DNA of 52,805 bases, the filler included, from Bipalium vagum (Eukaryota), in NCBI GenBank assembly GCA_037834085.1. It is 3 parts of 3 records of this genome, joined end to end, with 100 filler letters (N's around TTAATTAATTAA, not from the genome) between each part and the next. Parts side by side here need not be neighbours in the genome. Positions count along the whole stretch, not along the records: positions 33,593 to 52,805 come from JBBMKC010007294.1; 2 more parts are not named here. One strand, given 5' to 3'. Below the pieces are notes generated by a model. It was not told where the DNA came from and searched no databases. It saw nothing but the letters and a program-made list of their open reading frames with translations. The position numbers and the translations under genes are program-made. How positions within the stretch are numbered: the first letter of the stretch is position 1; each line of letters begins with the position of its first letter. Shown piece by piece: positions 36,781 to 50,040 of the stretch.

Positions 36781-36842
36781 GGGGAAGTATTTCATTGGTC
36801 AGAGCAGGTGAAAGATCCCGATTTCGAATCCCGATATCTCCA
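36781..36842 (+). pseudogene. tRNA-Ala-derived pseudogene or SINE head, copy 2
   Basis: GGGGA...tcattggtcagagca...cccgatttcgaatcccgatATCTCCA has tRNA-Ala acceptor ends and A/B-box-like motifs. The anticodon arm is deleted. Confidence 0.6.
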
Positions 36843-37739
36843 ATTAATTTTCAACTAACAATATAAATTTAAGAAAAATATGTTTTCATACAAAACTGAC
36901 GAACTAAAAGTTTAATTCTCCAGTTTTCATATAATCAGCACATCTTTCAGCATTTCAACTTGTATAATATAAACATTTTAGAACTGGAGGTATATCAAAG
37001 GTTTTAATAATTGTGTAAAATCTTTTTGGAATTGTTACAAAATTGTCAATCTTTTCTCAAACCAATTTCTTTATCAGTTGTCTTTTGTCTGTCCTGGTAT
37101 TAAATATGTAAAAACCCAGAATCACGGGGAAATATTATCGATAAATCCTTGAAGGTTTACAGGATGCTTTTTGATTGGTCTTATTAAACATTTTAAAGAA
37201 TTCACTGAGAATATTTCGAAAAACAGAACGGGAAAAGATGGAGAAAACGAAGGTGGTGCGAAAGATAATTAGAAATATAAAAATCTTAATCGAAATGAAA
37301 AAAGATATTAATATAATTAAAACAAAATAGTAGACAGGTCTCAGAAAATTCGATCAATTCAGCAAATGTAATTCAATTTTTCGAAAGGATTTATTGTAGA
37401 AAGATGAATGAATCGCCCTGAGACATGACAGACAGAAAATATTCTTTCATTAAATGATGATTTTAATTATGGAAATTAAATAATGATTTTTTAAATTACT
37501 GAAGGGTCTTGTGAGAAGAGAGGCAAAAAGTAATATTGAGAATGAGAAGTAAATTATTATTTTCCCGTATTGAAATGACATTAACGTTTGGAGACGAACT
37601 TGTAACAAGTCTTTCTCACATTTATAAAAGAGGGTTCTGATTTTACTTTACGGTATGGTTTGCAATTTACAATGTCAGAAGTGTTACAATGATTTTTCAA
37701 ATATTTTTCTTTTTTAATTTTTCCTTTCATTTTTCATAT

Positions 37740-38000
37740 GGACAATTACGTACAGAGTTACAGACTTAAAGCCGTTTTTGAGATACTTCACCTGGAAAGT
37801 GTAAAATCAGCATTCCCCGGGTTCTAAGGTCGGCTTGAGGCTGTAATAGATGACAATATATTGGTTATTTTGTAAAAGATTGCTTAACAATTGTGTAATT
37901 TACTTTTGTGTTAGATTTCCTTAAAATTTATAAAATTGTGTAATCAATCAATTTTTCTTTTCATGATGAGATTGTCAAATTTATCCAGAACTCCTTGTAA
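37740..38000 (+). mobile_element. Tc1/mariner C-terminal relic with 3' TIR-like end
   Basis: Reads GRLEAVIDDN.GYFVK (compare RLEAVIxANGGYFE) and ends in ccagaactccttgta. Confidence 0.5.
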
Positions 38001-41000
38001 TCTGCCCGGTGTGGATGAAAAGTCCTTAGAATCGTATAGAAGTATGAGTGATACTAAGATAAAACTTTTATTCAAAACCACTGAGTTTTGAGGTAACAGA
38101 ATTATTTTTCTATCTTTTTATCGTCCATCGATTTACAAATGAAACAAAACCATTGTAAAAGAAAGAGGCATCCTTTCTAGTGAAAACATTTTACACTAAT
38201 CTTATGAAATTCTAATTTTACTCTATTTTCCTTTCTCTTCAAAGCTGTTTTCAACTGATTTAACAAGAGAGACAATTTAGGATGTGAAACCAGAGCCTAC
38301 TTCTATAAATCGGTGATCTGTGTAAACCGGAGCGTTATCATGCAAAATATAGAGCTTTTAGCAACCGTCATAACTTTCTGACATCACCAAAAAGTATACA
38401 GTTCTCAGTTCAATCGATGATTTCTGGGATAAAATTTGTATTGGCCGTGGTCAGAGAAAAACCCATTCCCGAGACTCATGGTTGGTGTTTAGAACCAAAA
38501 GACACAAAGGGGTCACTTCCTCCGGTATAATATGTTCGACCATATCATAATTGCCATTTTAATCTTTTTATCATTTTCACAAAAATGACGAATGCGATCC
38601 GTTAACAATTTCCTTTAGGTATTTATATACAGTTTCCAGAGGATCCTGTTCAAAATGTTAAGAGTCCATCCCGATATTTAGGTCTTGCGACCTTCGTGCA
38701 TTCACTCTCAAATACATTTCTAACGTTATTTTATTTTAAGATACTGATCGAAATATTATTTACATTTCTTCAATAATAATCATATTTAATTATAATTAAA
38801 GTTATAGAGTTTAAATTACCGGAACTCGTGTGAATACCTCCAATAGTAAAAGTACATTTGAAAATTGTATTGAATAATTTTTGTTTAGCTGAAAAATAAT
38901 TTTGATAAAATTGAGAATTTTTTAGCAAGTATAATATTAATTATTATAAATAAATAATATAAATTTATATGATAAATAAAATTTTTTCAGATTAAATTTC
39001 TTTGTTTTAATAATATATTAAAAATATTTTATTTTCTTCATATATGTATTAAAAAAATTATTTGAATAAAAATATAACGAACTAATATTACATTATTAAT
39101 TTACTAAATAATAATAATTATTATAATATTTTTATATTTTTATAATTGAATAACAAAGTTATTTTTATTTATATTTAATATTATTTAAACAATAAATTCC
39201 AATTTTGGATATTTAAAATTAATATGAAAATGTTTTGTCATTTTTTTTCTTTTTCATAAAGATGAAAGCCATTATAAATATTTAATTAAGTTTAATAAAT
39301 ATAAAAATTTAATAAATAATATTTCTACTACACTTTTCTAGTTTTTAGTCTTTATTGTCTCATCCTTTGAAAAGAAATATGAACATATTTCATTGCATTA
39401 ATTAAACGAAATGGATTTGAATAAATTCTTACATTGAACTTATTAAAACAAAATTTACTATATATAGACAGAAAAAATATTTCATTTAACATAATAACTT
39501 TAGAAACAGTTAGTGATAAATTATGCTAGACTTTTTAGAAAGGCTATGATAGTAAACTTAAAGTTTATATTTCTCGTATCAAATTTGTAGAACGTAATAA
39601 AGATTAGTAGGTTGCCCCTTCAATAATCAATCCTAAAGACTTCCTCAACACTGTTCTTTTCAATCGATTTAATTTCCAACTAATATAGTGAGTATTTTTG
39701 TAATATGATGTCCAGTGTCTATTTTAAAGATAACCTTATTGCTTTAAAAACACTTGGTTAATATTTTCTATTATAAAACTTTAGTTAAAATTAAACAAAA
39801 TTTTACTTATAGTTAATAATAATATTATTATTATTATGGATTTTTTCTATTAATAGAATTTCCAATGTCATATATAAAATCGAATAAAATCAATTTTTAA
39901 ATTTGGATTTATACCTAACTTCAAATTATTTTCCTCCAGTTATTCATTTAAACAAAACTTAATTTTATGAAATTTCTAAAAATGTATAGATTTAAGTAAA
40001 ATATCTTCAAACAACATTGATATCCAATATTCAAATTTGTTGTATACAACAAATATATTAATTATGATAATTAATATTGATAGTAAATAATAATTAATAA
40101 TAAAATATGAAGATTTTACACTTTAAAATTAATTGGCTTAGCAAAAATTTTAACATTACTGAATTATTTATATAAAAAATATTTCATTTTTTCCAATTAA
40201 TAATAACAACTTTAAAAGATAATTTATTTTTTGAAAATATCTTAATATTCTTATAAACATTTCTCGGGAAATTTTACTTGCAAATCCATCAAATTATGTG
40301 GTTAGATAAAGTATTTTTATCCCTATGGAAATCGAAGTAATTCTACCATGTACAGATTTCATTATTATTGATGAAATAAGCAATTGCCTTTGTTTAAATG
40401 GTTGAGTGGTTCGATATCTTGTTTGAAAACATTTTATGTTAGCAAAATACATGAAGATAATATTTCTGTTATTTTTATTGGTTTCCGTATAAATAGATTA
40501 ACAAAGTGCCAAAATTAATTTTAAAAATAAACACTTGATTTTTTCTCATTTGCAACTTTTAAAATTAAAAAGGTTATTTTATAATTAACATTGAAAATTG
40601 GTGTGAAAGTATTGGACACAGTGGAGGTTCAATTATAAAAAAATGATAAAAATTTTTCATGTCTAAGATTAATTTAAAAAAAAAATATACAAATATATTG
40701 GTCGCTTTGATAAAAGACAAATTTGATTTATTTTTGAAGTCAGATAAATTCTTTCAAAAAATAATGATAAAGTAAAAATAAATTATAAAACATCATATTT
40801 ATGCAGTTTTAAAAATTTATATAATTTTCAGTGATTAAACTTAAAATTGTGATTTTATTGATCAATTTGTCAAAATTAAAAATTTTCAGCCTTTGAATTA
40901 CTTACGTCTCAATATTTGTATTATAAAAAAATTATTTTAAAATCATAATCCAATTCTATAAAGGATGGTATAATAAAAATATTAAAATACTAAATAAGCT

Positions 41001-42905
41001 CAAATGATTTTCATTTATTCAAACATATGACTCAATTTTTAATAGGTCAAAATTTTACCAATCAGAAATAGATCAAATGTTAATACATTTTTAAATGATC
41101 ATTTCGCCTGTTTTATTATTAAAACATTTTAATGGGTATGTGTTTTGAAAGCTAATTCTGCAAAAATATTACCTTACCATATTGACCAATACAATAATAA
41201 TAATGAATAAAAATGAAAGTTATTGATTTGATATCTTGACTAAGGCTTTTTTTAATGATTATATAAGAAAGATAAAAATTTTAAATATTTTTGAAGGAAA
41301 AAACAAACTATGTTAAGGTAAATTTTGTTAGCGAGAGAATAAAATTTAATTTCTCTTGTCAAAAAACACAAGTTTTCTGTGAAAAATGAATATTTTTCTG
41401 CCGAAATACCGATTTCTAATACTGATAGTGAAAAACTGAAAATATTATTGGACTTCTAATAAAAAGTAAAACATTATAGAGACTCTGACACTAAGAAAAT
41501 ACTTTGAACATATTTACTTTGGCTGCTCTATATTTGATAGTGCAGGTTTAGAATATTGGTGTAATAGTGACCTTCATGGATTTATGAAAAATGATAATAA
41601 GTAAGATTTTAATATTACTTTGTTAAGTCATAAATGCCTGTTTACAAGACTACGTTGATGTGAAATTCATTTGCGAGATTTATTTTTTCACTTTGATGTA
41701 AATTAAGTTTTATGATCACATATTTTCTCATATAATTTTTTGAATAGTTTGTTTAGAATCTGTCCCAATGAATTAATTTAAATCATCATTTACTGTTGGA
41801 TAATTTCTTACATGGTGATCATCTTTCAGATCTACATTTTCATGTTCTAATAGTTGAAACCATCTCCTGAATTGAATTTTACAAATAACAATATCAGATA
41901 TCAGAAGGAATTGATTCATCATTATTCCTTATGTCCAGCCCAGTTGATAGTCAAAAATTCTTTCTCAAACCACAAGCTTCTTATTGATGCCTGGTTCCAG
42001 AAGTGGCGAAAACCACTCACCTTCATTCTCTTGTAAAGATAGGAATCATGAATAGGCATTACGCATGACTGAAAAATATAAAACTCTTTTTCTAAATCGA
42101 TCTGTAATCTATCTTTTGAAGTTTGCCAAAATAGATAACCCTGTGAATGTTACCGAACTAGAAAAGGTCTCTTTTAAATACCTTTTTGCTCTGTGACTTC
42201 TTTCATTCATATTTCTCAGCGGTTCTATTTTGAAAACGAGCAACTAAATAAATAAAAAAGAAAAAACTAATAATCACATTAATTACAGTGTCAACGGGGG
42301 TGAAAGTGTGAAAAAAGAAATTTCTCCACGATTTAATATTTAGGGAAATATGATACAAATCATAGTAGGAAATCATTCCCATTCAAAATGTTAAAAATAT
42401 TAAATTATTTGAAAAATAATAATTGGTAAATTAAGGTTTTTCTGATTTTCAAGAAATTAATTTTTACATTGATTTTGCTTCTGAAATCTGCCGCTGTCAA
42501 TAATTAGGGAAAATGGGAAAATATTTGAAAAATTATCCGTTAGATTTTAAGTCATTAATAATACTTTAAAACGTAAAACGTCAGGGGTATGATGGGAAAC
42601 ATGACATTCCATCTAAAACAGTGTATTGGGGTTGTCAAACGGCCTTTTAAAAGTATTGGGGATTTTTTCTCAAATGGGTTTGGTGAACATGAAAATTGAT
42701 GTCAAAATTGGGTGTTTTTGTTTTTTCAATAATAAAATTGCACTTTCCCTTTATTTTTATTATTTTATATTCTCTTTTTATTGGTCTTTTAATGTCTATT
42801 TGAAAAGCACATTTGGAACATTTCATTAATATTTAATATCTGCTTCAAAATTGATTTGATATTAAAAGTAAAAGCTGTAGTTTAGTTAGAGACCGAACGG
42901 AAAAG

Positions 42906-42970
42906 ATAATATATAATATATAATATAATATATAATATATAATATATAATATATAATATATAATATATAA
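42906..42970. repeat. (ATAAT/ATATAAT)n low-complexity microsatellite
   Basis: A visible run of ataat/atataat units. Confidence 0.85.
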
Positions 42971-44854
42971 GAGTGAGGAAGAGACCTTTGGCGTTTAGTG
43001 CTGTACATTATGTAACTGTGTTATAGAATATGATGATTTCGTGTGATTGATTATATCTTTTGAAGTCATACCTGGAAAAAATTTCCGAAATACTTTTTTA
43101 TAATTCTTAATAAATAATATAAAATAATAATAAATAATATAAAATAATATAAAATAATATTAAATAATATAATAAAATATAATATAATATGTATAATATA
43201 TATATAACAGTTACTAGTAACCCTTAATCTGTTTCGGAAACTAAGTAATTTAACTAATCTTTATACTGGAAATAGCGAGAGAAATGACGTAGGTCAGAAG
43301 TAAAATAAGTGTCTTTTATAACAACCTAAATTAAAAATGATTATGAAGTATACTTATATCCGCGATTATCTTTCCAACTAACATGAAGCCTCCAAAATGT
43401 TACATATGTCATCTAATTTAAAGAAAACTGAAAGTATTTTATACAGTTTTACATTAATAATAAATATTTATTATTTATCAGCCAAGTTCCACAATATTAT
43501 ATTTGCATTTTGGAAACGTTTTTCAAAAATATATGAATTAATATTTATTATTTATCATTTTTCCTACCACTTCCAAGCCATTAAAATATCTTTGTTTCCT
43601 AGCAAAAATAACTTTGTCGCCAAAAATAAAATAATTTATTATTTATTATCATTTTCGGCGTTTAGCTGTTCCCTGTCTGTCTTAATAACTTTCATTTCGC
43701 TCTCCAAAAGGTTCTCAATAATCGTGTCGCTGGTGGTTAAACAATAAACTTCCGAAGTTGTGAAATGCAGACAATATTAGAGAAAATAATATTTTCAGAA
43801 TAATAATATTATGCCGAAATAGTTGTAAGTAGTCAGGGGTACCTTTTATATAATATTTCTTAAAAAACCTTGTCAGAAAAATTAAAGATGTAATTTAATT
43901 TGATTATTAAAATAATTGAAAGAAAAGTATTGATTATCTTATACGTTACTAATATCAAGGATTGAAACAGGAATTAGTGGCTTAAAATAAAATAAAACTT
44001 TTTATCCTAATATTTTATTAAAGTTTTGGATTGAAATGCTGAAGGTCATTGGTTTGTTTTAATATACTAATTTACCGAAGTAATTAATTTTTAATATTTA
44101 CTTTAATATTGGATTGGCAATTAAGTCCGTTCGGTTTTTGAAATGAAATGAAATAATTGCTTTTTGTCGAAATATTTATTAATTTGAATATTGCGAATGT
44201 TATATGGATTTCTTTAGGGTCATACCTTTTGATTGTTGTATTTTACTTTATCAATTTATTTGTCGAATTTTCCATATTATTTCTGCAAATCTTAAAATTT
44301 GAAATCTAAGCACTAACTAAAATATATATTAATCTTTAAAGATGATCTAAAAGCTAAAATATAGGAGAATGTAATATTTAGCCTCGGAAATATTGATAAA
44401 ATCTGATACAAGATGATGCATCACAAGTAGTATAATTAAAACCTGATCATCAATATTTACAGATAGAAGTGTATTTGATACCTAAATCTATTAATGATAA
44501 AGGATTGTTGCAGTTTTTATGTCCATCATATCGTGAGCAATTGAAATATTTCTGAATGCGTTTTTAGCGAAAATGTCCAAAGGAAAATAATCACGTAAAT
44601 AAGTTTATCAAAATGAGTTTATTTGTGTACAATGAAAAAGAGGTATATCAATAAAAGCACTATTGACCGTGCTTGCCAGTCGAAATCACCAGAAATAGTT
44701 TTCTTTGCAATTCAAATTCATTTCTGAACGTAACTTAAATTAATATTTAACTTAAAAACATAAAATTATATTATTATCTAACTGAATTAAATATAATATA
44801 AGATTCTTTTTTTAATGTTGTAATTTTTTTATTTTATAATAAAATAATAATATC

Positions 44855-44855
<1 letters not shown>

Positions 44856-44892
<37 letters not shown>
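44856..44892. repeat. (AAT)n microsatellite
   Basis: A visible run of AAT repeats. Confidence 0.9.
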
Positions 44893-44894
<2 letters not shown>

Positions 44895-45669
44895 CATATT
44901 AATAATAAAAGTAATTATAGTTAAGTAGTCCTGAGCTCTCAAATTAATAATCATTAATATTTATTCCTTATATATAAGGACATCATATCTTATTTTGTAT
45001 GATTTGTTAAGCTACAATTCTGATGAAGTTGATAGGTAAAACAATAACATTCTTCCTAAAAGGTTTCTTTCATCATTAATGTTGAAATTCTTCGGCCATG
45101 GCTTCTAATTTCATAATCCTTTTTAGTCTGTTTCTTTCAAGATTTTTTTTCATAGTGGAATGAATTTTACTTTTCTTTTAATATTGAGATATTTTACATA
45201 TTTCTCTTTTGTTTTTCCCAGACTTTTTCTTTGTTTCACTAAAGCTGAAACAGATGACAGATATGTGCACTTAATAATTATAATAATATAAAAAAGTAAG
45301 TATATTGATAGTAATATTATTAATAATATATGAACGGTATTAAAATTTATCCACAAAGCCGGCTTAAACCTGTAGGGTTTCGAAAACTCATTTTAATTGA
45401 AAAAATAAGTTTTCTGAAAACTTTGTGTGAAAATATATGATACTTTGTTGAAATAGTTTCGAGAACAGAAATAGTGAAAAAAAAAGTGAACACACAAAGT
45501 ATGTGCTTGGAAATAAGTACGTTCGGATTTTTATGATGAAATTAAATTGATGCTTATAGTTTGAAAAACGGAGATTAAATGGCAAATAAAATTTATATTA
45601 AATATTTATTCGTCATGGAATTTGCTTTTGTTTAAATAATCTATTTTTATTCGAATATTTAAATAAATC

Positions 45670-46380
45670 AACATGGAAGATTTTCATGCTAATTTTAAAC
45701 ATTTTTATTTAACTTTGAGAAAGGTAAATGGGCTACTGATACTAATAAAATAAGTTTTTGTGTATATGGAATAATGTTCTAACAGATCTTGTGTGTCAGA
45801 AATGATTTTTGAAATTCCCAGTTGGATATTTTATTGCTGCGCACCTATCGCTCTAGCGAGTAAATAAGCATTAAATATTTTCAATAAATCTAAATGCGTG
45901 GGTGCCTCAGAAGATAAGTGAAGCCAATTTAGCTGCAGCATTTCAACATGGGATTCAGTGCTGAAACATCAACAATTAAGAAACAGCTGGTCACAAGTTA
46001 TGAAAAATTGATTGTTTATAACAACATAGTACTCAATAGATCATGGAATCATAAAGATGACCCACTGCAAACAACACTAAGACCCGATTGCTGGCGAAAA
46101 ATGAGCAAATGCCATCTGCTAAAAATGAAATTGAATTTGTACTGCTTGTAACTAACCAAATGAAAGCAGGTAATTCTAGAAAAGTTCAAAATTCAAAAAT
46201 TTTTAATGCGTCGTTTTTACCACGCCAATGATAAACCCTGTACAATTTTGAATAAATAAATTACCAGGCTTTGTGTGGAACTCTACCACAATAGTTATAC
46301 TCACCAGACTCGGCTCGTATCGACTATCATTTTTTTCAAATCGCTACAAAAATTTGAACGAAAAATCTTTCAGTAATATA
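45670..46380 (+). mobile_element. mariner transposase relic
   Basis: Reads NFEKGKWATDT...VYG...LTDLVCQK*FLKF...YSPDSARIDYHFF. Confidence 0.75.
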
Positions 46381-46454
46381 CTACACAGCGAAAACTGCAG
46401 AAACGGTCAACATGATTTTGATTTTGGAATGGATCTAACAACGGCTCATTATAG

Positions 46455-46800
46455 TTCAATTTTGCTTGCCATGTTTGTAGACTTGTTTTGACATGGTACT
46501 TTCAAACCCATGTCTCAGTACCGGTGACAATGTTTTCCAAGAAAGTATCGTCTGTAGAAAGCATTTTGCGTGACTAATGTAGAAAACCTTCGGGAATGTT
46601 TGTCAGCTTTCATGCTCATCTGTGTTTTGTAAAATAATGTCCCATTGAAAGTCAGCGCTTGAATTGTGTGACGGAAACGGATCTACATCATTTCCCCTGT
46701 TCTAGAACAAAAGATATCATTCCTCTGAGAAAATGTAATACATGATCGTTGATTTTCAAACATTGAGATTTGAAAAGTTGTTGGTTGAATTATTTAAACA
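46455..46800 (-). mobile_element. mariner relic (irritans-like)
   Basis: Reads DDTFLENIVTGTETWV.KYHVKT (compare FLxxIVTGDETWVxxYxxET). Confidence 0.65.
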
Positions 46801-47079
46801 AGATTCTCTTGACATTATGATCTTAATATCATGATCCTTTGGATTTATGTTAATGGACGTTCAATAAGTATATCCAAAAAATGTTTTCTGAAAAGTCAGG
46901 AAAGCTTAAATGAGATATTTCCAAACTTTTGAAACAGTACTTTATTATTTTTATAAATATTATTTTGACAAATAATAATATTTATAGTTTTAACGGGAGT
47001 TTGATAAACAAACAATGATGTAATATTATTTACTTGGAGAAAAAGATGAAAAGTGGAAGAAATGTTATTTCTCTCTTCT

Positions 47080-48153
47080 GATACGAGTAATAAATCAATA
47101 AAAAAGCAATATAACAGAAATAATTGAAAGGATGCGATCAAAAATGACATTCCTTGATACATTCTTTCAGAAGAATTAAAAACGTAAAGATCAGCAATAA
47201 CAGATTGGCCATGGGAAAGTATTTCAAAAAAAGAAGTTCTTTTCTGCTATCACATGGCTTTTTTAGCTGGAGAGCAGAAGAAATTATATTGTCACATATA
47301 ATCCACATGCAACATCGTGCACCTTGCTAAGTTATTTGATAGTAGTCATACCATCATTCAACATCATTTGTATGGTATTGGGAAATTCAGAAAACTTGAT
47401 GTATAGGACGTATAGACCTCAATCACCAACACCGGATTGACGGATGCAAGATATTGTTATGATTGGTTGAATAAAATCGTAACGGCTGATAAAAGGTGGT
47501 GTTACTACTCCAGTATTTCTGGCAAAAGAAGACAGTTGGTCAACGGTAAAAATCCACAGCCTCACCCAAAGGCTAACCGATATCACAAAAAGATAATGGT
47601 TTCTGTGTGGGGGTGTATGAATGGCATCATTTATTGGGAAATGTTAGAACGAAATCAGACCGTAAATACCGAATTATACTGCCAAAAATTGCAGCGAGTT
47701 TCAGATGCGATCACACAAAAAATATTCAGAAATGAAAAAGATAATTCTACTCCACGATAATGCTAGACTACATATTGGTCATTTCAACGTGAAAGAGTTC
47801 CTAAGTGGGGGTTGGGTGTTCTCCCATACCCGCCTTATTCATCAGATCTGGCTCCAACACATTTCAATTTATGCTATGGAACTACGCAGAACTACCTAAA
47901 TTCTATGACCTTCGCAAATTATGATGAATTGAAAGCAGCAGTGGGTGAATGTTTTGAAAGTAAAAAACGTATTTTTATAACCAGGGGATTATTGATCTGC
48001 CACGTTGTTGGAAACAAGTGATAGAGAACAATGGCAATTATATTACTGACTGATATCGACTTTGTTGTTGTAATATTACATTGTATTATAAATTTTCCGT
48101 TTGATATTCGTCTATGACTACGTTTTGTTCGGAAACTTTGTTTCCAACCCAAC
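47080..48153 (+). mobile_element. mariner element with pseudogenic transposase and 3' TIR
   Basis: Reads WLNKIVTADKRWCYY...HKKIMVSVW..MNGIIYWEML...LYCQKLQRV, then IILLHDNARLH and VLPYPPYSSDLAPTHF, split over three frames. It ends in aactttgtttccaacccaa. The 5' boundary is approximate. Confidence 0.9.
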
Positions 48154-50040
48154 AACAGCGTATCATAATAAAACTTGTCAACTGCATCATCTGAAAAAAA
48201 AAATTATCCATATTATCTATAAAATATCGCCTGTGCTTCCTCTTGAGCATTTTATGAACTCAAAACCAGTTCAAAATTATGGTTGTGAAATTGGGACACT
48301 GATTTTACTAATATTTTTAATTATAAGTTTATCTAAAAAATATCAAAATAAAAATGAAATTTTGACATTGTACTTTATCAAATTTAATAATATCACAAAG
48401 AAAATAAAGCTAAATTTTACCTATTGTATTCGCTATTGATATCATTCGGACAATGAGGGATTTGAAGGCGTGGCAAAGGGACAGAAACATTATAATAAAT
48501 ATTTTCAATTTTTATAATGCAAAGAAAAATATAAATATTATTATGAATTTGAAAGAATATGTTCATATGTGGGACCGTACTTCCATGATCCATTCTGGTC
48601 CATGAGTACATGATATGAAAATAATATATAAGTAATTATTAAGTAAAAGTTTTTTTTAATTATTAAATGATTTAAAAATTCGCTAAAATAGTAAAAAAAT
48701 ATTCTCGTTATTTATTTATTTTTTTCAGTTGTAAATTCCAAATATTGACGTATAAAATCCAAATAAATTGTAACCATTAAAATTAATCGTAATTAAATTT
48801 TTGTTTATAAAACATAAAAAAGTCAATATGCAGTCAAAACGGGAATAATTGGTTAAAAGTTTGTTTTTTATATAGTTTATTTATTACATATAGATCGGTT
48901 ATTTATATATAAAATAAAGTAGATAGCAATAATATAAAAATTAATAAAATTAAAAAAAAATAATTAAAAATATTTATAAAAACATAAAAAAATATAAATA
49001 AAATATAAAATATAACAAATAACATTTAAAAAATGTAAAAATATTATATATTTTATAACAAAATTATTATTTATGAAGATTTAAACTGATAATGAAAATG
49101 TTTGCTTTCAATATTGAAATTTTTATTGACCATTTTTGAAAAGTTTTGAAAAACACTTATCGATTTTTTGAAAAATCAGTTAATTATATCCATTGAAATT
49201 AATTTGAATGAATAATTAAATTGATATTTGAAGCTGAAAGAATACCTCCGTAACTATCGAATTGTGCTCAACGAATTTCCATAGGAGCGGCATTGCTGTT
49301 TTATCATATTAATTCAATTGATAGACATTTTATATGCAACATTCCATGGTAGAAAATATAAAATATTTTATCACTGAATAATAGAAATCGGAGCGATGTC
49401 TCGAGGATAAAACACATTTCCTATATCATTCTTCATGTTTCCGCTTTGACTGACATAAATGGTGGTACAAAGTTTTAATAATTTTATATTGAATAAATTG
49501 TTATCATTCATATATCTGGTAATAGGATGTTTTAGTCGCTTTCAGAATATACCGCTGATAATTTTGAATTCAAAATATAAATAATTTGAGAAATATTTTA
49601 TATTTTCAAGTTAATTTTACTAATTGAAGTGAAAGCAACAATAATAATAATATTAATACTAGTATCAGTGATTATTAACATCTATCGGTTTACGATCAAT
49701 AACGAACAAATTCGAACAAATTTAATCAAACTATGGAAAACATATAGCAATATAAATTTAATTATTAAATTTATATTTTATAATTGTATATTTAAACATT
49801 ATTAAATTATTAAAATATAAATATTATTATATTACTGAAGAGAAAATATAATATAAATACAATAATATTGTATAATATGCAATATAAAATTAAAAAAATC
49901 ACAAGGTCTTATTAGCTTTCTTTAAGTAATAAAAGTTTATTATTATTATTATTATTATTAATAATTATTATTATTAATCGGTGTAAAACTATGACTCTGG
50001 CTTTTTATTAAAATGATAATAAAAATTTTGCTTGCATATA

